This document shows, one piece after another, positions 57,581-64,000 of a stretch of DNA of 64,000 nt (the stretch's first letter is position 1; each line of letters starts with the position of its first letter). The notes beneath the pieces are model-generated. The model searched no databases. It had not been told where the DNA came from and saw only the letters and a program-made list of their open reading frames with translations. A program made the position numbers and the translations under genes. The stretch spans positions 124,001-188,000 of IMG/VR virus record IMGVR_UViG_3300042549_005931; one strand, given 5' to 3'.

Positions 57581-59365
57581 TTATTTTTTTCTTCCATTAA
57601 ACAACCATGAGTATTCCATATATGCTTCTCTACCAACTTGTTGATTAGTATTACCCCCATACATTGAATTGCTACTATCCATACCCATAGAACCTATTTG
57701 GTCAAATGACCCACCATATGAATAAAAAGATTTTTGTGGCTCATACGTTCTTTCAGACATTGTCCATGATTCAATCATTGCTCTATTAACTGATTCGGTT
57801 TTTTGTAATTGATTGAAACATAAATCACCAGCATATAATGCCATTGACATACTCATAATAGCATCATCGTGAGAACCTTTCATGTGGTCAGGTCTTCCGT
57901 TCATATAAACAAACGTATTAAGTTCATTTAATAGTCTACTTGACCTAACTTGAAAACCTTTTCTTAATTGTTCTTCAAATGCCGCAACAATCTGCGTTCT
58001 TTTATTGTTAAAGTTAAGACCGGGTATTTTTTCCATGGCCTTAGCGTTATATTCCCAAATGTTTTGAGTATTAACACCATCAATATAAATATTTTTATAA
58101 TTTAACTCTTGTAATTTTCTTGATGTTGCAACACCCATACCACCGGTGATATCAATAACGATAAAAGCGTTACCATATATCACACCCCACTTATACGCAA
58201 TTTGTGCCAAATCGTCCGGTGGTATCTTACCAATATATTCAAGTACTTGTTCTCTATCATCAAAATCGACAATACTAATTGCTGAAAAGTCTTCACTATC
58301 ACCTCTACTAACATCGACACCCATAATATAACGGTGACCTTCAATTGGTTCTTTCCACTGCCATAATGTAGCTTGCATGTATTTCTCAATAGGAACACGA
58401 ATCATGTTCTTAGAAATATTCTCTTGAACAAAACCCGGTATAACACCATCACCCGAACCCAAGAAGTCACACTCTAATTCTTGTGAAATTTTACGTCTAT
58501 CGTATTTGAACTTTTTAGACATAGACTCAAACCAAGATGAATATGGTTTATAACCCTGTTCTTCCAATTCTTTATAATTGGACATATCAAACTCATAAAT
58601 AACAACTTCGTTATCATCATATTGTTCTCTGTTTAACATGTAATGACATATATCCTGACATTTAACCCATCGTAAGTCTTTGGTATAACGAGGGTCTTTA
58701 AACCACCTTAAATCTGTTATGTGGAAATCATTAATTCCACGAATAGCTTGGTCGTATACACCATAATAAATTGGGTCGTAACCATTTGGAGTTGAGATTA
58801 GAATAATCTTACCACCCGTAGATAGGGAGGCCATAGATGCAGCCCAAAAATCTTCTCCTGCTTCAATATATGCAGCCTCGTCAAATACAAGTACGGTAGG
58901 TGTAAAACCACGAAGTGCATCCGCAGATGTTGCAACAGCTTTAACTTCGGAACCGTTATTTAATCTAAATCTACTCTCAGAGTTTTTATCGGGTGAAAAT
59001 CCAACATTAATCCATTCGGGCCATTGGTCTAAGAAGTTTCTAATCTTATTAGCCATTTCCACGGCGGTATCTTTCTTATTGGCAATAATCAAAACTCTTT
59101 CAGGATTTTCTGGTTTGGCAAATTGTAATTTCTTTGATAACCAAGCGGCTGTTACGGTTGTTACACCGGCCTGACGATATTTCTTTGTGATGTTTTCGTT
59201 ATAATCTTCGTAATCTTGAATTAATTGTAATTGGTCAGGAAATAGGTTCATTGGAACGAATTTCTTTTGCGTGTTATCGTATGTTTGTAGATACGTTCTT
59301 AACGCATATGGTGTATCTTTAATGATACGGGCATATTCTTTTAGTTGTTCTAATTTACTATTCAT
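57581..59365 (-). CDS. terL: terminase large subunit (T4 gp17-like)
   Basis: KYRQAGVTT, DEAA, ISTPNG, QELEC.F, GVDVSRG, HDDAIM; start reassigned to MNSKL (59365). Confidence 0.96.
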   Translation of the reverse strand: MNSKLEQLKEYARIIKDTPYALRTYLQTYDNTQKKFVPMNLFPDQLQLIQDYEDYNENITKKYRQAGVTTVTAAWLSKKLQFAKPENPERVLIIANKKDTAVEMANKIRNFLDQWPEWINVGFSPDKNSESRFRLNNGSEVKAVATSADALRGFTPTVLVFDEAAYIEAGEDFWAASMASLSTGGKIILISTPNGYDPIYYGVYDQAIRGINDFHITDLRWFKDPRYTKDLRWVKCQDICHYMLNREQYDDNEVVIYEFDMSNYKELEEQGYKPYSSWFESMSKKFKYDRRKISQELECDFLGSGDGVIPGFVQENISKNMIRVPIEKYMQATLWQWKEPIEGHRYIMGVDVSRGDSEDFSAISIVDFDDREQVLEYIGKIPPDDLAQIAYKWGVIYGNAFIVIDITGGMGVATSRKLQELNYKNIYIDGVNTQNIWEYNAKAMEKIPGLNFNNKRTQIVAAFEEQLRKGFQVRSSRLLNELNTFVYMNGRPDHMKGSHDDAIMSMSMALYAGDLCFNQLQKTESVNRAMIESWTMSERTYEPQKSFYSYGGSFDQIGSMGMDSSNSMYGGNTNQQVGREAYMEYSWLFNGRKK

Positions 59366-59369
59366 ATAG

Positions 59370-59377
59370 TATAAATA
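59370..59377 (-). promoter_or_regulatory. putative late promoter TATTTATA (one representative of about 20 copies)
   Basis: 4 nt before the TerL ATG and directly after a terminator; see findings for the other copies. Confidence 0.7.
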
Positions 59378-59378
59378 C

Positions 59379-59405
59379 AAAAAAAGGAGGTTAAACGCCT
59401 CCTTT
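59379..59405 (-). terminator. rho-independent terminator
   Basis: AAAGGAGG-N7-CCTCCTTT with a T tract on the minus strand. Confidence 0.8.
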
Positions 59406-59425
59406 ATTGTTTGTAGTCATAATGA

Positions 59426-60964
59426 TTACCTAAATTGATTTAAGAAATCTTCGTCAGATTCCTCATCATCTAAGTCGTCTTTTGAAAGTGATATTCCTTT
59501 ATCACCTAAAAAACCATTTAAATCATTTAATAATTGGTCATCATTTGTATTGTTTGACATGGAGTCAAGTTCCGTTTGATATTGTTCCATTGCATCTTCA
59601 TAATCCTCATCACGTAACATTTTAACAATACCTCCATAGATTAATGCGATTAGTCGTTTACCTCTATCCGTTTCACCCATTATTTCTTTCATTAATACCA
59701 AGAATTTTTTTGCCGGTAATGCAAAAATTTCCATCATGATATAGTTTTGAAGATTTTTATTTTGTTCTTCTAAAGTCTCTATTGGGAACGACTCATATAA
59801 TCTACGCCAAATTGCAGGTCCTAAACGTAAATCCCATATTTCATACGACAGCAATTCTTGTTTATCTCTAATTTCGGTATACATACCTTTTGATGGTTGA
59901 CCTTCTAATGCCAAAGTTTTCATCAAACCCTTTAATATTTCATGAATTAATACAGGGAAATTAACACCTTTAACTATGATATTTGTTTTTTCGGGGTCAA
60001 TTCTTGGGTCATTTGGTGTAAAATCATCCTCATCATCCTCAGGTTCATCCATATCACCACCCCCCATCATATCCCCTTCAAACTCATCGTCATCATCATC
60101 GTTCCCTGAAGTTGGTCTAACAACATCAACTCTACCGGCAATTGAACCTGCCTGAGCCATTTCTAAGTTAGCAGCACTAAATTGCCAATAATTTAAATCA
60201 TTAACTGACATCATCACACCATATAAATTGAATAATTGGTCTGAACCTGTAATTTGACGTAATCTTTCACCTAAAAGTTGGTACATCCAATGACCTTTTT
60301 TAGAAGAACCCGCAACTATCGCTTTAATTAAACGAAGCTTTGATTCTTCTAATTCTTGAGATGAATCCACATTTTGAACATCTTGAAATAACTCCATTTC
60401 CATTTCTTGATTTTCAGGTGTAATGTTGGCGATTTCTTCATCTGATAACATTTCCTCATCACTAACATCGGGGCTTTCTTGTTTTGCCGGTGAAATTTGT
60501 CCACCCATTTTAAAACCTTCTGAATTAGGATGACCCATATCTACAATAAATTTTATTTTATTTTCAATATTATCAGGTAATCCCATTTCTTTTTTAACCA
60601 CCTCAATTGCTAAATCAATAAGCTCCTGATGATAATTGCGTTCAAGTCTTTGAATTTCTGTATGTGCATTTATCATCATCATACCTAATGGTCCCATATT
60701 TTGACCAACAATTGGTCCTTGATATTGAGTTATTTGTCTAACTTTATCAACTACCTCCTTATATCTTTCAGAAGCTAAAAGTTCAAGAAAATTTTGGTTA
60801 GCCCTACCTGTTTCTGGTGTTGGAACAATACTAAGCGGTGTATTACCCGCTTCAAGGTCCCTATCAACATCAGGGTTTGGTCTTTCAGGTCCTTCGTAGT
60901 CAATTGCCATCTCTTGTAAATTTTGTTTCACCAAAGATAACAATTCTTTCTTTGTAACTTTCAT
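59426..60964 (-). CDS. acidic hypothetical protein, putative head core protein (512 aa)
   Basis: MKVTKKELLSLVKQNLQE tag; internal HEILKG; upstream of TerL. Confidence 0.65.
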   Translation of the reverse strand: MKVTKKELLSLVKQNLQEMAIDYEGPERPNPDVDRDLEAGNTPLSIVPTPETGRANQNFLELLASERYKEVVDKVRQITQYQGPIVGQNMGPLGMMMINAHTEIQRLERNYHQELIDLAIEVVKKEMGLPDNIENKIKFIVDMGHPNSEGFKMGGQISPAKQESPDVSDEEMLSDEEIANITPENQEMEMELFQDVQNVDSSQELEESKLRLIKAIVAGSSKKGHWMYQLLGERLRQITGSDQLFNLYGVMMSVNDLNYWQFSAANLEMAQAGSIAGRVDVVRPTSGNDDDDDEFEGDMMGGGDMDEPEDDEDDFTPNDPRIDPEKTNIIVKGVNFPVLIHEILKGLMKTLALEGQPSKGMYTEIRDKQELLSYEIWDLRLGPAIWRRLYESFPIETLEEQNKNLQNYIMMEIFALPAKKFLVLMKEIMGETDRGKRLIALIYGGIVKMLRDEDYEDAMEQYQTELDSMSNNTNDDQLLNDLNGFLGDKGISLSKDDLDDEESDEDFLNQFR

Positions 60965-60967
60965 TTT

Positions 60968-61990
60968 TTATTTTTTATTTTTTACTAATTTATCTTCTTT
61001 TAATGCATCGGGTCTTGGATTAGGTCCAGGTCCCGGTTGGAATGGAGTACGTCTTTTTGGTTTTTGACCTGGTTTTACTTTTGGTGGTGCCTTAACAGGT
61101 GCAGGTTGTTGTTCTGCAACTTCCAACGCAACCGGATAGTCTTTTTTCTTTTCCTCTTTTTTCTTTGGATTTGTTTTAGGTTCCTCAGGTTCATTGAATC
61201 TTCTCATTGGGTCATTTTTATATGGTCCTCTAAATGGGTCGATTGGGTCGTTGTCTCTTTTTCTCTGTGGTAATTTAAATTCATCTAATTCCATTACAGC
61301 ATCAGGTCTTGGATTAGGTCCAGGTCCCGGTTGGAATGGAGTACGTCTTTTTGGTGTTGTACCCGGCTTAGTCTTTGGTGGCGCGATTACGGGTGCGGGA
61401 TTGTTACCAGTTATTGATTTAGATGAAAACCATTCAGGAATACCATTGTGACCCTTTGTTACATTTGGTCCAAATTCGTGAATTTCTGATTCATTTAATT
61501 TCATTGAGATTAATTCCATGATTTCGTTTTTAGATGTGAAACTGTGATAATTTGTTTCAGCTAAGTTACCAACCCACTCATTAATTTCCAACTGTGATTC
61601 TTTTAAACATTTATCTTTCAAAGAATTTAATGTACAATCGTGTTTCTTCATGTATTTGAAGATATCCAATTTCATTTCTTTTCTTGACGGTTCTTCACCA
61701 CCTTTAATATGATTCCAAATTTTAGAAATTTCATCAGACTTCAATGTATCAACATCATTTAATCCACCTTCTTCTTTTTCTCGTAATTCAACATTCATAC
61801 CAGAATCGGTAACTTTTTTAATGTCACTTGGATTACTACCCTTTCTCATTATCACAGCACCTCTACCGGTTGATTGTTCACCTAACATTCTTGATGATAA
61901 ATCATTAAGTTGTTTATCGGTGAAGTTAACTAAAGTTTTCTCTGAGAATCCTTCGTTTATCATTTTCTGAATTATTTCGTTTCTTTTCAT
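60968..61990 (-). CDS. modular protein with a duplicated Pro-rich basic peptide
   Basis: Two copies of PAPVxAPPKxKPGxxPKRRTPFQPGPGPNPRPDA; many (L/I)xE sites. Confidence 0.7.
   Translation of the reverse strand: MKRNEIIQKMINEGFSEKTLVNFTDKQLNDLSSRMLGEQSTGRGAVIMRKGSNPSDIKKVTDSGMNVELREKEEGGLNDVDTLKSDEISKIWNHIKGGEEPSRKEMKLDIFKYMKKHDCTLNSLKDKCLKESQLEINEWVGNLAETNYHSFTSKNEIMELISMKLNESEIHEFGPNVTKGHNGIPEWFSSKSITGNNPAPVIAPPKTKPGTTPKRRTPFQPGPGPNPRPDAVMELDEFKLPQRKRDNDPIDPFRGPYKNDPMRRFNEPEEPKTNPKKKEEKKKDYPVALEVAEQQPAPVKAPPKVKPGQKPKRRTPFQPGPGPNPRPDALKEDKLVKNKK
61005..61355. repeat. 57-bp intragenic direct repeat (one mismatch)
   Basis: Copies at 61005-61061 and 61299-61355, 294 bp apart and in frame. Confidence 0.9.
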
Positions 61991-62388
61991 TAGTCTTTGA
62001 ATTTTATTTCTTCATTTATTAGAAGATAACTTCTAAATTTTAATTTCTTTGTAACACTATCAATTGATTCACCGAATTTAAATGTTAATCTTTCTTCATC
62101 CGAGTCAATATCAAATTTTTCCCATGCTAAAGCAACTACACCATCTACAGCGTCAATAACTCCGAAATAATCGGAGTCTTGAACTAATTCTAACTGTAAA
62201 TCTGTGTCTTTTAATAATCCCACGGTATCAACGTATTCAACGTCAGGGGATTTTGATGATACTTCTAAAGAAGCGGGAATTGTAAACCACTCATCCATGT
62301 CAATCTCAGTACTTGTACTAAAAATGAACTCATACTGTTTTTGACCCTTATAATCGGAACCAATTTCGTTGACATAGATGAGGTGCAT
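61990..62388 (-). CDS. hypothetical protein (132 aa)
   Basis: Intact, coupled ORF. Confidence 0.7.
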   Translation of the reverse strand: MHLIYVNEIGSDYKGQKQYEFIFSTSTEIDMDEWFTIPASLEVSSKSPDVEYVDTVGLLKDTDLQLELVQDSDYFGVIDAVDGVVALAWEKFDIDSDEERLTFKFGESIDSVTKKLKFRSYLLINEEIKFKD

Positions 62389-62391
62389 TGT

Positions 62392-63594
62392 TTACTTAAA
62401 ATATTTTGATAATGTTGTGTGAATATTATTGTTAATTTCGTTTTTAATTTCGTCTAAGTCGATTTCAACTTCATCTTCCATAATATCATCATCTTCCATT
62501 ATTTCTTCATCTTCCATTATTTCTTCATCTTCCATAGATTCTTCCCCACTTAAACTTGGTGATACGTAATCTGGTTTGAAATCAAACATACTATCATCAA
62601 TAGCTTCTTCATCTAAGTCAGCGTAATCATTGATGTTAAATTCGTACATTTCTTCTTCATTATCTAATCCTGATAAATCTTCCTCGTTAAAGTCTGTATA
62701 TTCTTCATCAATTGATGAATTAATAAAACTTTCTAAAGCGTCCATTGGATTTGATTCTTCACCTAATTCTTCATCAGCTGCGACAGGCTCTTCTGCAGGT
62801 AATTCCTCACCGCCAAGTTCTTCACCCCCAAAATTATCTTCTCCACCCTCAACTGCTCCTTGTTCTTCATCTCTTTCAAATTTTTCTGCAATGTCTTCGA
62901 TATCTTCATCGTCTAATTTGTCTAAATCAACTGCGGAAATAATCATATTAAGAATGTACTTAATATCATCACTTTCCATTTTATCTTTAATATCTCTTAA
63001 TTCTTGACCTAATCTACCAGCATGTTTTTGAGCTTCTGACATATAATCAGAACGTTTTCCTTCTGAAGGTGCTTCTTCTTCACCACCCATGTCTTCACCA
63101 CCTTCCACAGGAGGTAATTCAGGTAATGGTTCTTCACCTGCAGGAGACTCACCACCCTCTGCCGGTGGCATTGGAGGTAATGCCTCATCCGCAACTGGTT
63201 CTTCAGGCATTGCAGGTACAGGTGCTGGTGCTTCAGCTTGTGCTGGCTTATCAGTTTTTAAAACATATTTTGTAGCTTCGTTAATTAACTCTTCTTGACC
63301 TTTAATTAATTCAAGACGTTTAACCGCTTCAGCATATGATGAAAACTTATTTTTGTTCTTCATGAACATTCCTCCGATATAGTCAAGAGAATTTTCATTC
63401 AATCCTCTCTTTACATAGTATCCGTCTTTTTCTTTAACGACACCATATACACCACCTGTCTTAGATTCTGCTACAACCTCAGCTTTCGATGTATTTTTTT
63501 TATTATCGGTTTTGTAGTATGCCAATTCAAGGATTCTTTTTAATTTGTCATCCCCATTGAGCTTCTCACTACCAAGTGGTTTTAAATCTGCCAT
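62392..63594 (-). CDS. very acidic protein, putative prohead core protein (400 aa)
   Basis: KLKRILEL helix, LINE site, E/D/P-rich linkers; TATTTATA at 63629-63636. Confidence 0.65.
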   Translation of the reverse strand: MADLKPLGSEKLNGDDKLKRILELAYYKTDNKKNTSKAEVVAESKTGGVYGVVKEKDGYYVKRGLNENSLDYIGGMFMKNKNKFSSYAEAVKRLELIKGQEELINEATKYVLKTDKPAQAEAPAPVPAMPEEPVADEALPPMPPAEGGESPAGEEPLPELPPVEGGEDMGGEEEAPSEGKRSDYMSEAQKHAGRLGQELRDIKDKMESDDIKYILNMIISAVDLDKLDDEDIEDIAEKFERDEEQGAVEGGEDNFGGEELGGEELPAEEPVAADEELGEESNPMDALESFINSSIDEEYTDFNEEDLSGLDNEEEMYEFNINDYADLDEEAIDDSMFDFKPDYVSPSLSGEESMEDEEIMEDEEIMEDDDIMEDEVEIDLDEIKNEINNNIHTTLSKYFK

Positions 63595-63665
63595 TTTGTA
63601 TATAAATTAGATTAACTTATTCTTATCCTATAAATACATTGTAATACGGAAAAAAATAAGGTTCT

Positions 63666-64000
63666 TTATTGTGTTATGGATAATTTCTTATCCGCAACTT
63701 CACTTTTTAAATTAATTAATTTTTCTATATAACCGTTTCTACGAAGTAATTTGAAGGTTAAATTCTCATATGAGTACTCGCCACCGTCATCTAAACCACT
63801 TTGTCTAAATCTCTTTATCTTATCTTTTAATTCATCAATTTCTTCACTTACATCTTCACCATCCTTACTTTTTGAAATTAAATTGTCTATTTGGGTACCA
63901 TATTCCTCACCTTTTTCAATAATTTTTCTATCATCAATCTTGGGATTTGATTTTTCAGGTTCTACTAACCATTTATCATGTAGTACAGAATATACTCCGG
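63666..64000 (-). CDS. 3' part of a phage nucleotidyltransferase-like protein (truncated by window edge)
   Basis: Frame GVYSVLHDKWL..P...KRFRQSGLDDGGEYSYENLTFKLLRRNGYIEKL; catalytic N-terminus lies outside the window. Confidence 0.5.
   Translation of the reverse strand, partial: GVYSVLHDKWLVEPEKSNPKIDDRKIIEKGEEYGTQIDNLISKSKDGEDVSEEIDELKDKIKRFRQSGLDDGGEYSYENLTFKLLRRNGYIEKLINLKSEVADKKLSITQ

Noticed and set aside
27920-59365. Introns or inteins in polymerase, MCP, portal or terminase
   Set aside because: ORFs are continuous with expected motif spacing; no intein C-terminal HN-C/S/T or LAGLIDADG blocks noticed
489-63298. Numerous ORF-track entries antisense or out of frame to long genes (e.g. 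489..995, 12796..13305, 16561..17109, 49190..49663, 53029..53421)
   Set aside because: Shadow ORFs fully overlapping well-supported genes, with Ser/Phe/Leu-rich mirror composition and no promoter motifs
5053-63636. T4-type TATAAATA late promoters read on the plus strand
   Set aside because: They point away from the adjacent genes; the motif tracks gene orientation as TATTTAT on the coding strand
1-64000. Stop-codon reassignment as seen in some large phages
   Set aside because: Core genes are full length in code 11, and TAA, TAG and TGA all terminate genes
1-64000. tRNA or rRNA genes
   Set aside because: Intergenic gaps are short and AT-rich, and no cloverleaf with a T-loop consensus was seen by eye; tRNAscan-SE would confirm

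Overview
AT-rich 64 kb segment of a large T4-like (myovirus, jumbo-type) phage in standard genetic code. Three independent hints point to a Bacteroidota/Flavobacteriia host: TAnnTTTG promoters, no Shine-Dalgarno sites, and a Flavobacterium-type bS21. The window holds replication and recombination genes (5'-3' exonuclease, UvsX/RecA, gp32-like SSB, SNF2 helicase, family B polymerase). It also holds a tail/baseplate/neck module, the head module (MCP, scaffold, protease, portal, TerL) with an embedded bS21 gene, a gp55-like sigma factor, dUTPase, PhoH, dCMP deaminase and three glycosyltransferases. Signals the ORF track does not explain: (1) a probable +1 frameshift (UUU UUU CGC) in the tail assembly chaperone just upstream of the tape measure; (2) a sense-strand TATTTAT(A/T/C) motif in front of about 20 mostly late genes, often only 3-5 nt from the ATG (leaderless mRNAs); (3) many unrelated proteins sharing short amphipathic tags and (L/I/V)-x-E sites, suggesting a capsid-cargo and polyprotein processing system that includes a stand-alone WYL protein; (4) an [S/T]-G-x-T motif concentrated in variable regions of virion proteins, alongside three glycosyltransferases (candidate virion glycosylation system); (5) an unannotated ribbon-helix-helix gene with a 10-bp-phased operator array; (6) a repeat-rich intergenic element between the sheath and tube genes. 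All family calls come from motif recognition by eye; no database search was run.
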